Assembly: GCA_030018135.1 (NCBI GenBank)
Contig: JASEGJ010000002.1
Coordinates: forward strand, 31,309-95,308
Direction of reading: 5' to 3'
DNA: 64,000 bases
Source: Candidatus Hodarchaeaceae archaeon
GTDB taxonomy: Archaea > Hadarchaeota > Hadarchaeia > Hadarchaeales > Hadarchaeaceae
Below, piece by piece: positions 46,899-57,551 of this stretch (positions are counted from its first letter, which is position 1; the number at the start of each line of letters is the position of its first letter). Made by a program: the position numbers and the translations under genes. The notes beneath the pieces were generated by a model that worked only from the letters and a program-made list of their open reading frames with translations, ran no database searches and had not been told where the DNA came from.

Positions 46899-48002
46899 GT
46901 GAATCAAATGCGAACTACGATAAGCGTCATTAAGGCGGATATCGGCAGTTTGGCGGGCCATGTCAAGGTACCAAGGGAGTTGTTGGATGTCTGTGGTGAT
47001 TCCTTATCTCGCGCGCTTAAGAGGGGCATAATCAAAGATTTTCATGTCACCAGCTGTGGTGATGATATCGATTTGATCATAGCCCATAATAAGGGGGTGG
47101 ATAGCAGTGTCGTCCATGAGTTAGCATGGCGCATTTTTAGGGCGGCAGCTAACCTAGCTAAGGAGCGACACTATTATGCGGCAGGGCAGGATCTATTGGT
47201 TGAGGCTTTTTCGGGCAATATCCGCGGTATGGGGCCGGGAATAGCCGAGTTCGAGTTTCAAGAGCGTCCGAGTGAGCCGATCATAGTATTCGCATGCGAT
47301 AAGACTTCGCCATCGGCATTCAACTTACCATTTTTCAAGATATTCGCCGACCCGTTCAACTCCGCGGGCTTGGTGATCGATCCAAAGCTTCACGGTGGGT
47401 TCAAGTTTGAGGTGCACGATGTTAAGCAAGCTAAAAGGATTTTCCTAGGTTGTCCGGAGGAGCTTTACGATCTTTTGGCCTTGATCGGCGTTTCAAGTCG
47501 CTATCTCATCAAGCGCGTGTTTAGAAAAGATGGTGAGATCGCGGCTGTCGTGAGCACCGAGAGGCTGAGCCAAATTGCGGGGCGCTACGTCGGAAAGGAC
47601 GATCCCGTTGCGATAGTGCGCACGCAATCCGGCTTCCCCGCTACTGGCGAAGCGCTTGAGGCGTTTGTCATGCCACAACTAGTGCCCGGTTGGATGCGCG
47701 GTTCACACCGGGGGCCGCTGATGCCCGTAGCGCAACGCGATGCCCACCCAACGCGTTTCGACGGCCCGCCCCGCGCAATGGCGCTGGGCTTCCAAGTTAG
47801 CGACGGCAAGCTCCTCGGACCAGCGGATCTATTCGATGATGTAGCTTTCGATGAATCGCGTAGAATGGCATTGGAGATAAGCGATTACATGAGGAGTCAT
47901 GGGCCATTTGAGCCACATTTGCTCTCCCCTGAGGAGCTAGAATACACCACGCTGCCCCAAGTTGTTGAGAGGCTTAAAAAGCGTTTCGAACCCATCGAGT
48001 GA
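46899..48002 (+). CDS. fbp: Fructose-1,6-bisphosphate aldolase/phosphatase
   Basis: KADIGS..GH, GDD, AGQDLL, FSGN.RG.GPG, YVGKDDP and GWMRGSH motifs. Confidence 0.96.
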   Translation: MNQMRTTISVIKADIGSLAGHVKVPRELLDVCGDSLSRALKRGIIKDFHVTSCGDDIDLIIAHNKGVDSSVVHELAWRIFRAAANLAKERHYYAAGQDLLVEAFSGNIRGMGPGIAEFEFQERPSEPIIVFACDKTSPSAFNLPFFKIFADPFNSAGLVIDPKLHGGFKFEVHDVKQAKRIFLGCPEELYDLLALIGVSSRYLIKRVFRKDGEIAAVVSTERLSQIAGRYVGKDDPVAIVRTQSGFPATGEALEAFVMPQLVPGWMRGSHRGPLMPVAQRDAHPTRFDGPPRAMALGFQVSDGKLLGPADLFDDVAFDESRRMALEISDYMRSHGPFEPHLLSPEELEYTTLPQVVERLKKRFEPIE

Positions 48003-49222
48003 TGGTGTTGATGCGCGCGAGCTATGTGAAGGCCGCGTGTGCTATTGCGATATTGGTATTGGTCAATGTATTCCCCGCGAGTTTGGGTTCGCCCATGCCC
48101 GCCAAGGTAGCTTTGGCACTCTATCCACAGAGCCCCCATAACGCATTTTATTTATGCACAGACACTACGATTACCGTTTGCATCAATAATATCGGCACTA
48201 CAAAAGACGTGGAGTTGCGCTTGAAAAACTTGCCACAAAATACAGCCGTAAATGGGCGGGATGGTTTGGCGTTGCCGCTTCGGGTGCAAATCAGGGAAAA
48301 TGAAAATTTTTATTACAGCATCGCACTCATTGCGTTGGATGATGCTCAAGGAGGCAATATTGAATTTTTAGTGGTTGATGCAGAAAACGAAGAAGTATTA
48401 TGCAAACAATCGCTTTTGATGCACAAAATTGCGCCTCGCATGATTTTGGATCAATTGATATCGGTGGCTAAAGCGTATGGGCTTTCTGGAAACGTGGTGG
48501 CGTTTGCCATCCCAAAATATCGACGTTATTGGCATCCTGAACTTGGTGAGTTCGACGATGCCGTGCTCGGATACGTTTGGCTTCTCGTCAGCCCCCAAGG
48601 CAATGTCCTCCTCGACGACAACTCGGGTAAGATGATAGCAGAAAACCTCGTGGTGCCTTGGCAAATCGAGGCCATCGATTATGGCACCGCGCGCATCTGG
48701 AGCGGCGATGGTTTTAAAGATATACGCGTTCCGACTGTGCAGGTGGTTGGTGACCTTAGCTTCAATTTTAACAGATTTGAACTCTACTATGCAAGCTGGT
48801 ATGGCAGCCCTATTTGGGTGACGCGCCAATCGTTTTATTGGACTCATGGAGAGGAAATAGATGAGATCCCAGACACCGAGCGCATCGAACTTTGGCTTTC
48901 GGCGGAAAATGGGGAGAAATTATTCACGGTTAGTGATTATCACCATCACGCGTTCCGTTACGATCCAGTCGATAGCTACACTATCTTGGCTTACTTTCAT
49001 TGCCCGCTTGCATCAGATTTGCCCCAATCTTGGTTCAATTTTCTTGTTGCAGAATATGAAAACGTTTACCCGATGTCTAATACCCCATACGATCACATGG
49101 GTTTCTTTCTAGATGTGCACCCCATCGGCAGAGCCATGCAAGAATACAAGATATTGATCGAACGCAATTTCATCGGCTTGGCGCTAGTGGGTATTCTCTA
49201 CCTCGCTCCAAAAATCAAATAG
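47999..49222 (+). CDS. Hypothetical secreted, C-terminally anchored protein
   Basis: Signal-peptide-like N-terminus; hydrophobic C-terminus followed by lysines. Confidence 0.65.
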   Translation: MMVLMRASYVKAACAIAILVLVNVFPASLGSPMPAKVALALYPQSPHNAFYLCTDTTITVCINNIGTTKDVELRLKNLPQNTAVNGRDGLALPLRVQIRENENFYYSIALIALDDAQGGNIEFLVVDAENEEVLCKQSLLMHKIAPRMILDQLISVAKAYGLSGNVVAFAIPKYRRYWHPELGEFDDAVLGYVWLLVSPQGNVLLDDNSGKMIAENLVVPWQIEAIDYGTARIWSGDGFKDIRVPTVQVVGDLSFNFNRFELYYASWYGSPIWVTRQSFYWTHGEEIDEIPDTERIELWLSAENGEKLFTVSDYHHHAFRYDPVDSYTILAYFHCPLASDLPQSWFNFLVAEYENVYPMSNTPYDHMGFFLDVHPIGRAMQEYKILIERNFIGLALVGILYLAPKIK

Positions 49223-49240
49223 GTTTACAAACGCAAGCAT

Positions 49241-49876
49241 TCAGAAGGCAAGCGCCACCATCGTTAGTAAAAAATAAGATGTATGCGCCGTCAGGGGTGC
49301 GACCAACGACCTCTTTTTTTGATACAGAAACCCAAACACGAGTGCCGCGATTACAATCATGGCCGGATCAAAAACTTTGTACTCCAGAAAATCAAGTCCG
49401 CAAAGGAGGGACGTTACAATCAATCCGGGGGCAAGCCCTATTGTCGCTTCAAGTTGCGGTTGAATGTATCCTCTATAGAAAACTTCGATCGCCACAACGT
49501 TAACAAAAATAAAGATAACTGCGTAGAAAATAATCAATGAACCAAGCCTCTCTGGCATTTTTGGTTGAAGCCATGTCAAGTATAGTGGCGCAAGTCCCAT
49601 GGTTAACAATATGCCAGCGAGGGCACCGAGTTCCATACATCGGAAAAAATTTTTCCGGGTTAATCCCAAACTTTCGAGCGATCTGTGCTGCAGTAAAACA
49701 GCCGCGATTGGAAAGAAGAGTTGAGGAATGCGCCACACCCACTCAATTTTCATGGAGGTTTCAAAGGCGAGAACGGTGATGATTGCGTACAGACCCAGCG
49801 CAGCCGCAAGTTCAATTTTGCCGTATTTACTCTTCTTGACCCCTCGAAATTTTTGTTTTACTTTTGTAGCACCCAA
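49241..49876 (-). CDS. CPBP-family membrane protein with degenerate motifs
   Basis: IEVFYRG (first Glu missing), motif-2 His absent, SL.AP..AH; several TM helices. Confidence 0.7.
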   Translation of the reverse strand: MGATKVKQKFRGVKKSKYGKIELAAALGLYAIITVLAFETSMKIEWVWRIPQLFFPIAAVLLQHRSLESLGLTRKNFFRCMELGALAGILLTMGLAPLYLTWLQPKMPERLGSLIIFYAVIFIFVNVVAIEVFYRGYIQPQLEATIGLAPGLIVTSLLCGLDFLEYKVFDPAMIVIAALVFGFLYQKKRSLVAPLTAHTSYFLLTMVALAF

Positions 49877-49913
49877 GCTATCAGATGTCCCCCAATCGCC
49901 GACCGACCGCCGT

Positions 49914-50912
49914 TCACCTCACTTCGTAAAAATCTTTCACCCTGACCACATCTTCGGGATGTGGCGTTGAAACTTCTTTGATGGTAGTATTCTCAATGGC
50001 GACTATACTGTGTGTGGTATTGGGCTTGATCCGAATTGCGGCACCCTTTTTAAACTCCTCTTTACGGTCTTCAAATTCGACGTATCCAGAACCATCTAAA
50101 ATATGTAGGGCCTCATCTCTTTCCTTATGATAGTGCAGCGAGGTTCGGTAGCCCCTCATAATGAAGAGTTCCTTCTCAAGGCGGTCCTTCGTGAGCATGA
50201 GCACTTTTTCATATCCCCAGGGTTTATCCGTACGATTCGCGTATTCCTTCCTTACCTCCTCCAAGTCCTTTGAGGTGTCGACCGCTATCCAGAAGAGTGA
50301 GTCCTCCTTGTAATGGGCAATCTGTTTCATGTCGGCGAGCCTTGGAAAGGCCGTTTTTTCGATATTGCCTATCCTGAATTCCTGAAGCAAATCGAGAATC
50401 TCCTTCGATAGACAGTAGAAGCCACCATTGATGTAATAATCAAGCAAAGGCTTTTCCTTAAAGGATTTGATGTACCCATTGCCGAGTTCAACAATACCGT
50501 AGGGGCTCCGCATTCGCACCACGAACATCGATGCCAAACAGCCCGAGCTCTCGAACTCCTGCTTCATGCGTTTTAGGTTCAAGTCCGTGACCACATCGCC
50601 ATTACTCACCATGGCGTCCCCATCCGCTTTTTCCATGCCCAAACGAATCGCGTTGAGCGTGCCGAGCGGCTCTTCCTCCGCCACGTATTCGATCTCAAGT
50701 CCCATGTGTTCTGAGCCGTACCTTTCCTCGATCTTCTCGCCCAAGTAGCCCGTGAGCAAAAATATCCGATCAAACCCTGCGCTCTTGTAGGCGAAAAGTT
50801 GCCTGTCCAAAATAGTGTAGCCAGACTTGATTTCGAGCAATACTTTCGGCACTTCTTCCGTCAAGGGGCGAAAGCGCTTGCCGTAACCGCCGCAGAGGAT
50901 CATCCCTATCAT
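49914..50912 (-). CDS. Sugar-phosphate nucleotidyltransferase with C-terminal cupin domain
   Basis: LCGGYGKRFRPLT..VPK, EEPLGT, NGD and F.EKP motifs; then KPWG...TSLHYH..RDE cupin. Confidence 0.88.
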   Translation of the reverse strand: MIGMILCGGYGKRFRPLTEEVPKVLLEIKSGYTILDRQLFAYKSAGFDRIFLLTGYLGEKIEERYGSEHMGLEIEYVAEEEPLGTLNAIRLGMEKADGDAMVSNGDVVTDLNLKRMKQEFESSGCLASMFVVRMRSPYGIVELGNGYIKSFKEKPLLDYYINGGFYCLSKEILDLLQEFRIGNIEKTAFPRLADMKQIAHYKEDSLFWIAVDTSKDLEEVRKEYANRTDKPWGYEKVLMLTKDRLEKELFIMRGYRTSLHYHKERDEALHILDGSGYVEFEDRKEEFKKGAAIRIKPNTTHSIVAIENTTIKEVSTPHPEDVVRVKDFYEVR

Positions 50913-51243
50913 AGGCTTGCCCAATATGCGGGTAACATTTGGATGTGTATTAAAATTGTGGGCGGGTGAAGGGTCACGATTTTTGGGATGCTGATTGACT
51001 TTCGGGCTTAGTTGGAGCGCCGCACTATCCATTTTCGGGCAGGGCCATCTTCTCTCAGATTTACCGCTAGGGAGCTGATATTTAAATTTCGTCTGATCAC
51101 ACTAGGTCGTGCTACCGTCTCATCTGCCTTGTTTTGAGATGAATGGAGTAATTGCGAAATTACTTGGTTGCAGGTCATTTACGTGGGGACACCCATACAC
51201 TTATGTTGCTTAAAGCCTTCGCTTACATAAGTGGGCAGTTTGG

Positions 51244-51810
51244 GTGATATCAATGACTCCATTGGAACCCTTCGTCGAGCAGTACGGGCTTCTAGGCTTA
51301 TTTGTGGCATCGCTGATTTCGTCCACCATCGTCCCCTTTTCGACGGAGGCCTTGCTTCTTTTGGCCATCGGCTTGGGGATGTCAACCGTTGAGGTTATCG
51401 GGGTTGTGACCATAGCTTCGGCAATCGGCGGTTTTACTACGTACGGAATTGGAAGGGCGGGCAGCATTCTCGTAAGACGCAGGGTTAAACAAGCAAAACT
51501 GAAAGTTTATGAAAAAGTCGCCTCTAGGAGCGGGGCACCCATGATCTTTGCAGCATCGTTTACACCTTTACCCTACGAGCTTTTCGCAGTAGTAGCAGGC
51601 ATCCTCAAAATGAGCGTACCAATATTTTTTGCTTCAACCCTCTGCGGTCGAGCACTGAGGTTTTTAATAATGGGGGCATTCACCAAAAAAGGATTTGAAC
51701 TCGCCCAAGTTGGCGAGTGGGGGATAGTGACAGTTTTACTCATCATAGGGTTGACAATCCTTTTGATTTCAATCTACTTCAGCTGGGGGTTGATTAAGGA
51801 ATTCAAGTAA
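51244..51810 (+). CDS. YqaA/DedA (VTT) family membrane protein
   Basis: SSTIVP..TE, GG...Y..GR and P.PY......AG motifs. Confidence 0.8.
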   Translation: MISMTPLEPFVEQYGLLGLFVASLISSTIVPFSTEALLLLAIGLGMSTVEVIGVVTIASAIGGFTTYGIGRAGSILVRRRVKQAKLKVYEKVASRSGAPMIFAASFTPLPYELFAVVAGILKMSVPIFFASTLCGRALRFLIMGAFTKKGFELAQVGEWGIVTVLLIIGLTILLISIYFSWGLIKEFK

Positions 51811-52546
51811 CACTGGGGAAAACGCTAGCACGGATCAAGCCCGCAACCTCCTGCATCTGCATGAATTTTGCCCCCTTATTGAGTAAATACGATAACACGC
51901 TATCTAATCGGTGCAGCGCGACCTCACCAGTAGCAAACCTACAATCGAATCTAACGCCTTTTATCTCAACAACTTCCCACACGTGAAAATCTAAGACTGT
52001 TAGCGGGAGGGCGACCAAGCATAAATGCAAAACACGTGTGGAAAGACTAGGTGGCAGCCTGAGAAAGCTCGAAGGTAAAGTATTTGGTATCTCAGCCAAT
52101 TTGAAACGATTTGCGTTCGGGCCGATTTTGTAACTAGCATTCGAGGCATCGTAGACATAGCCTAAGCGCTCCAAGGCCTCAAAGGTATGAACGTTTGGTT
52201 TAAAGTTAGGCGCCCTAAACCCGAGCACTTTTAATCCGGTAGTATTTACTAAGGTCTTCGTCGCCAAGTCTATTATTCTGAGCTGCTCCCTCGCGCCTAG
52301 CTTGTCGATCCGTTCATGCCTATATCCGTGGCAAGCGACTTCGTGCCTGCGCGATATTTCCTTAACCAGTTTCGGGAATCTTTCGGCTACTTGTCCCGTT
52401 ATAAAGAACGTCGCGCGGATATCGTGTTTCGATAACAACTCAAGCAAAGTTGGCAATCCATTCTCCACGCCCCGCCATGTGCCTAAGGAGGGGGGCACAT
52501 CTTGTTCCACATCAATAGTGAGGGCGATATTTCGCATGTTCTCCAC
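51803..52546 (-). CDS. Polysaccharide deacetylase family protein
   Basis: TIDVE, ATFF, HEVACHG..H, GFRAP and YDAS motifs. Confidence 0.88.
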   Translation of the reverse strand: MENMRNIALTIDVEQDVPPSLGTWRGVENGLPTLLELLSKHDIRATFFITGQVAERFPKLVKEISRRHEVACHGYRHERIDKLGAREQLRIIDLATKTLVNTTGLKVLGFRAPNFKPNVHTFEALERLGYVYDASNASYKIGPNANRFKLAEIPNTLPSSFLRLPPSLSTRVLHLCLVALPLTVLDFHVWEVVEIKGVRFDCRFATGEVALHRLDSVLSYLLNKGAKFMQMQEVAGLIRASVFPSVT

Positions 52547-53684
52547 ACATCGTTTCGTATAACGTGAGCGTCTCTCTCGCCGTTTTCTCCCAGCTGAATT
52601 TCTCGCGCGCGACCCTCAAACCATTTGCTCGGAGCTTTTTCGCCAGCTCGCCGTCATCGAGAACTCGAAGGATCGCATCAGCTAGAGCATCGGCATCTGC
52701 AGGCGGAACCATCAACCCATTTATCTCATCTTCGACGATTTCTGGTACGCCACCCACGCGCGTGCATACTATGGAGACTCCCGCTGCCATGGCTTCCAAC
52801 AACACCAAACCGAATGATTCCATCAAAGAGGGCAAAACGAATATATCCGCCGCCACTATTAGTTTTATCACTTGTTCACGTGACAAAGTGCCCAGCATAA
52901 ATGTTGAATTTTCAATTCCTAACTTCTTTATTAATGCATGCAAATTTGCAGCTTCCGAACCTCCTCCTGCTATGGCTAACTTTGCGTCGGGTACCCTTTG
53001 AAGCACTTTTGGGAAGGCGGCCACGAGATGTTCTGCCCCCTTGCGTTTTACTAATCGAATGGCGGTTACGACGAGCGGTTCAGACCCTAGGCCTAGGCGG
53101 GTTCGCATCCACGAGCCGTCGGCCGGGTTGAACTTCGACGGATCGACGCCATTCATAATGACTTTTATCTTACGATTAGAAACACCAAGCTCGCGGCAAA
53201 ACTCAGCCGTAGCATTGCTGACCGCTATTATGCGGTCCGCGATTTTCATTGTAATCACGAGCGGTTGGTGAATGAGCTTCCAAAACCAACCCGTTTTATG
53301 GACGGAGTGGCATGTTAATACGGACGGTACACCGCACTTATACGCCGAATGTATTGACTGCAACGCCATAGACGAGTAAATATCCTGACCGTGGACTATG
53401 TCAAATCTACCAAATTTGATATCCCTATGTAAGTCACGAGCGATTCGGAATGACAAAGCACGATCAAGACGGGGCGCCACAAAGCCATTCAGGCGCTTGA
53501 CTCTTAGTCCGCCAATCTCCTCTTCTTCGGGTCGACCTAGATGGGCATGGGTGAACAGGATCGGTTCGACATCTAACTTGGCCAATGCTTCTCCCAGCCC
53601 CCAAGTGTAAGTTGGGACCCCGCCGGTGTCCGGATAAAATTCATCACCAACCATCGCAACGCGCATGATTTTCGTCGCCTCCAT
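52512..53684 (-). CDS. GT4 family glycosyltransferase
   Basis: GG, NGVD...F and ESFGLVLLEAMAAG motifs. Confidence 0.92.
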   Translation of the reverse strand: MEATKIMRVAMVGDEFYPDTGGVPTYTWGLGEALAKLDVEPILFTHAHLGRPEEEEIGGLRVKRLNGFVAPRLDRALSFRIARDLHRDIKFGRFDIVHGQDIYSSMALQSIHSAYKCGVPSVLTCHSVHKTGWFWKLIHQPLVITMKIADRIIAVSNATAEFCRELGVSNRKIKVIMNGVDPSKFNPADGSWMRTRLGLGSEPLVVTAIRLVKRKGAEHLVAAFPKVLQRVPDAKLAIAGGGSEAANLHALIKKLGIENSTFMLGTLSREQVIKLIVAADIFVLPSLMESFGLVLLEAMAAGVSIVCTRVGGVPEIVEDEINGLMVPPADADALADAILRVLDDGELAKKLRANGLRVAREKFSWEKTARETLTLYETMCGEHAKYRPHY

Positions 53685-53712
53685 AGCCTATCGCGTCAGG
53701 CGTATTAATCAT

Positions 53713-54735
53713 TCACCGGGCCCATACTCGAATTCCGAGGTATGAGAGCACACCAGCGCCTACCAGGGTGCTAAAAACGTAGGAAATCGCCCGCTCGATG
53801 AGTGTTGCAGCGATCGCGATATTGAGGGGGAAGAAAAGCCTGAAAATCGAAATGAAGGTTGCATCGACCACTCCCAGCCCGCCCGGCAGCAATGGTACCA
53901 AGCCGGCTATCGTGGGTAAAGTTGAGGCCAACAGCAACATGACGAGTGGGGCATCGTAACCGAGTGCCTTGAAGATAAAGAATAAGCGCAACATATCGAA
54001 GGCCCCGAGTATGGCCGAAAACGTGATTATAAGGAGTGCATTCTTCCATCGATTGATCACGATGTGGGTCCCTTTATAGAAACTTTCAATGTTCCTCGTT
54101 ATACCGACTCTGCTAGCGCGCCTGCGCAACGACTTAAGCACGCGAATCAAGATGTTGATAATCCGATTTGCCGCCACCCTTTTGCCGAATACGCGAGAAA
54201 ACAGGGGTATCAACAGGATCGCCGCAGTAATCCAAATTCCCACCACAATAAATGCCGGTAGGAATGATGCCATCCCCAAGTATGCCAATAGACCAAGCGC
54301 CAAAAATGAAAGGAAAACCGGCACATCTAGAATATACTCGCTCGTGATTGTCGCCAAACTGTGCGAATAAGGCACCCCTTTCACCTTCCGTAGTAGGTAC
54401 GCGCGCCCAATCGGATCTCCGCCTCCGCGAGTTAGCGGTGTGACATTGTTGATGAATATACTGCCATAAATTACCAAGTAAAGATCGCGCAGACCAACCC
54501 TATGACCGATAGCGGAAAGTGCCGTGTGCCATCGGGCCGACCAAAGTATCGTGCTAAGGGTGTATGCGCTCAAAGCCAAGAGCACGAATTTATAGTCAGC
54601 GTTTAGTAAGGCGCGTAACATCTCATGAAGGTCTTCACGGGCAAGCAAAACTAGGGTAATCGCGCCAACGATGACCAAGAAAGATATTACGACAAAAACT
54701 TTTCGTAAATTTAGCCTCATCCTTTGCCTAACCAT
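53713..54735 (-). CDS. Lysylphosphatidylglycerol-synthase-TM / flippase-like (UPF0104) protein
   Basis: RW, N..TP...GGDP, PGGLG..D and ER.ISY motifs. Confidence 0.85.
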   Translation of the reverse strand: MVRQRMRLNLRKVFVVISFLVIVGAITLVLLAREDLHEMLRALLNADYKFVLLALSAYTLSTILWSARWHTALSAIGHRVGLRDLYLVIYGSIFINNVTPLTRGGGDPIGRAYLLRKVKGVPYSHSLATITSEYILDVPVFLSFLALGLLAYLGMASFLPAFIVVGIWITAAILLIPLFSRVFGKRVAANRIINILIRVLKSLRRRASRVGITRNIESFYKGTHIVINRWKNALLIITFSAILGAFDMLRLFFIFKALGYDAPLVMLLLASTLPTIAGLVPLLPGGLGVVDATFISIFRLFFPLNIAIAATLIERAISYVFSTLVGAGVLSYLGIRVWAR

Positions 54736-54801
54736 TTAAATCTAACCTTCCAATCGTTAATTACACCAGCTAGGGAATTAAAAGCATGGAGGGAGCAAGA
54801 A

Positions 54802-56190
54802 ATGTCGTTCGTGCTCTTCATTTACCCACCCATAAGTTTCAGCGAAAAAAGTGAGCTTGCAGCATACTCTCCCCCCTTGGGTATACTCTACTTAGGGACC
54901 GTCCTTAAAAATGAAGGACATGAAGTCCACGTAATTGACGCGGAGGCGGAGCAGCTATCGCTTGCACAGATAAGAAAGAGGATAGAGTCAATCGACCCTG
55001 AGGTCATCGGACTAACTTGCCTCACATTTACCCTAGAATCCTGCAAGGCCATAATAAAAGGAATAAGGAGGATCTCGGACGCGTACATCGTTGTGGGCGG
55101 CCCCCATGTATCGGTTGCCCCGCAGGCATCTCTCAAAGATATCGGAGCCGATGCATATGTCATCGGGGAAGCGGAATCTGTCGTGCGGGACATAGTTAGG
55201 GATAGGCCCCGAGGCATGGTGCATGCCCAAGAGATTCGAGACATAGAAAGCATACCCTTCCCGGACAGGAGTTTGGTTAAGCACATAGAATACGGCAACT
55301 TCTATGGCATGAAGATTCGCGAGAACATGACTGGGATCCTCACCACGAGGGGTTGCAAGTACGGATGCACATATTGCAATCGGCCAAAGAAGTTGTGTTT
55401 TAGGACAAGATCTCCGAAGAACATCGTTCAAGAGCTGAAGGAAATAGATAGGATGGGATTCGAGTCCGTTTGGTTGGCTGACGACAATTTTACAAACGAT
55501 CCAAAAAACGTGATGAAGTTGGCTAGGTTGGTTAGGAGGGAGAGGCTGAAGTTTGACTTTTATGGTCAGGCCAGGGTGGACGTTCCGAGCAGGGCCCTCT
55601 ATAGAAGCATGAGGGACATGGGCGTGATGGGCCTTAGCTTCGGCGTAGAGTCCCTTAACCCCGAGGTTATAAAATGGTATAATAAGACCAGATATCCGCA
55701 AAAATGGCCTCAAAACGTTAAGAAAACACTTGATTTGTGTAACGAATATGGAATCGTCTTTTTGGGTAGCTTGATTTTTGGGGCACCAATGGAGACGATG
55801 GAAGACATGGAATACTCAATTGAGTTCCTCGATAAAAATGGGGCGGATTTAATGAACGGGAATGTCCTATTGTATCTTTTAGGTTCGGCGATCTGGTACC
55901 GGGCAGTAAAAATGGGCAAGATTAAACCTGACCAATTTGTGATTTCGGCCCCCCAGATCGGAATGACTCCTTACTCATATGAGGAGCTCACCGAATTGTG
56001 CGACCGATGCACTAACATATCAAAAAAGGAAGGATGGAAAAGGGTCGTCCGAAAAGTGTTGAAAAGGCGACAGTTTGGGATGATTTATTCTGGGATGAAG
56101 GAATTTGTCAAGCATTACTGGCGAGTGAGGAAGGTGCGCCGAGAGGTTTATGATTACGGTTATGGAAAGGGACACACGATAAAAATATAG
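54802..56190 (+). CDS. Cobalamin-binding radical SAM protein
   Basis: PPLG.LYL, VGGPH, GEAE, TTRGCKYGCTYC, DDNF and G.ES motifs. Confidence 0.9.
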   Translation: MSFVLFIYPPISFSEKSELAAYSPPLGILYLGTVLKNEGHEVHVIDAEAEQLSLAQIRKRIESIDPEVIGLTCLTFTLESCKAIIKGIRRISDAYIVVGGPHVSVAPQASLKDIGADAYVIGEAESVVRDIVRDRPRGMVHAQEIRDIESIPFPDRSLVKHIEYGNFYGMKIRENMTGILTTRGCKYGCTYCNRPKKLCFRTRSPKNIVQELKEIDRMGFESVWLADDNFTNDPKNVMKLARLVRRERLKFDFYGQARVDVPSRALYRSMRDMGVMGLSFGVESLNPEVIKWYNKTRYPQKWPQNVKKTLDLCNEYGIVFLGSLIFGAPMETMEDMEYSIEFLDKNGADLMNGNVLLYLLGSAIWYRAVKMGKIKPDQFVISAPQIGMTPYSYEELTELCDRCTNISKKEGWKRVVRKVLKRRQFGMIYSGMKEFVKHYWRVRKVRREVYDYGYGKGHTIKI

Positions 56191-56198
56191 GTGGTTCC

Positions 56199-56369
56199 AT
56201 GTCGAGGGAGGCCATCAACCCGGAATTGTTGGAAATACTGGTTTGCCCCATATGCAAACAAAAGATCGAGCTTAAGGGCGAAGAACTCGTCTGCGTTAAC
56301 TGCGGCAGGCACTATCCGATAATAAACGGGATCCCAAACCTGATTCCATGGGAAGCCAAAAGTGGCTAA
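56199..56369 (+). CDS. Trm112-like zinc-finger protein (56 aa), absent from the ORF track
   Basis: LLEILVCPICK...LVC..CGR.YPI..GIP.L; GGTGG RBS. Confidence 0.85.
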   Translation: MSREAINPELLEILVCPICKQKIELKGEELVCVNCGRHYPIINGIPNLIPWEAKSG

Positions 56370-56424
56370 ATCCTCTCTTTGGTTCAAAGACGCACCCCCG
56401 TAGCCGTTGGACAAACTTTTGCGG

Positions 56425-56847
56425 CTACTCAAAAGCTTCTATTCTTATCCTAACTTGGTTGGCCGGATTCCGTAGACGCTTTACGAGAGCTCGTGGCAAA
56501 TCGGCCGCGGCCTTGTTGGAATTGATCGCAAGCGTGCGCCCACATCTGAATGCGCTTTTTCGAATAACAACATCAGTTGGGTGAGTTAAGGTCAAATCGT
56601 GATGTCCAATACCACGTATCGTCTCGGCTACACCCCCCGCCTCTAGCATTATTGAAACTACACAATTTGACTTGATAGTTCGCTTAAGGGCTTCGCTGAG
56701 GTCCGCCGCACCCTTGTCCGTTGCCACCGCCACAATGCAATCTCCCCTCGGCCCGATTTTCTCATCCTTTGTTATCATCAAGGTGGTCGGATGGGTAGCT
56801 TTCACCTGTACATGCCCCCTAGCGAGTATGACTTCCTCCACTTTCAT
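56425..56847 (-). CDS. DUF371 family protein
   Basis: A.GH..V.ATH.TT...TKD, GDCI, V.RKS.F...RT and KAA.DL.R motifs. Confidence 0.88.
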   Translation of the reverse strand: MKVEEVILARGHVQVKATHPTTLMITKDEKIGPRGDCIVAVATDKGAADLSEALKRTIKSNCVVSIMLEAGGVAETIRGIGHHDLTLTHPTDVVIRKSAFRCGRTLAINSNKAAADLPRALVKRLRNPANQVRIRIEAFE

Positions 56848-56894
56848 TTAGCCGCCTCTTTAAGGTTTGAAGCACATAATTAATATTGATCGCG

Positions 56895-57551
56895 ATGTAC
56901 GAGAAAGAACGCGAGGAGCTACTAGAGCGATTGGTCAAATGGGGTTACCTTTCAAAGCCGGAGGTTATCGAGGCGTTTAAAAAAGTCCCTCGGCATGAAT
57001 TCGTTCCAAACAACCTCAAAAATTATGCATACGTCGACCAGCCCTTGCCAATCGGCCATGGCCAGACGATATCCGCGCCGAGCATGATAGCGATAATGTT
57101 GGAATCGCTGGAACTAGAGCTTGACCAAAAGGTCCTAGAAATAGGTGCTGGATCGGGTTACAACGCAGCGTTGATCGCCGAGCTTGTCGGCCCCAAAGGG
57201 AGGGTCTTCACGATCGAGAGAATAGCCGAGCTGGCTGAATTCGGGCGCGCCAACCTTAAAAAAACGGGTTATGAGCGCGTGCATGTGGTGGTCGGCGATG
57301 GGACCTGTGGTTACAAAAGGGAGGCCCCTTGGGATAGGATCCTCGTCACGGCTTGTGCGCCCGAAATACCAAAGCCGCTTGTCGAACAGCTAAAGACTGG
57401 CGGAAAGCTTGCAGCCCCCGTTGGCCAGCACTATATGTTTCAAACTTGGATGGTAGTTGAAAAACGCAGCGGGAAGGAAATCCGCGTACGAGAGTGCGGA
57501 AGTTGCTCCTTCGTGCCATTGGTTGGCAAGTATGGTTGGAAGGAGGATTAA
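56895..57551 (+). CDS. pcm: Protein-L-isoaspartate O-methyltransferase
   Basis: VPRHEF, QTISAP, LEIGAGSGYNAA, GDG..G and FVPLVG motifs. Confidence 0.95.
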   Translation: MYEKEREELLERLVKWGYLSKPEVIEAFKKVPRHEFVPNNLKNYAYVDQPLPIGHGQTISAPSMIAIMLESLELELDQKVLEIGAGSGYNAALIAELVGPKGRVFTIERIAELAEFGRANLKKTGYERVHVVVGDGTCGYKREAPWDRILVTACAPEIPKPLVEQLKTGGKLAAPVGQHYMFQTWMVVEKRSGKEIRVRECGSCSFVPLVGKYGWKED

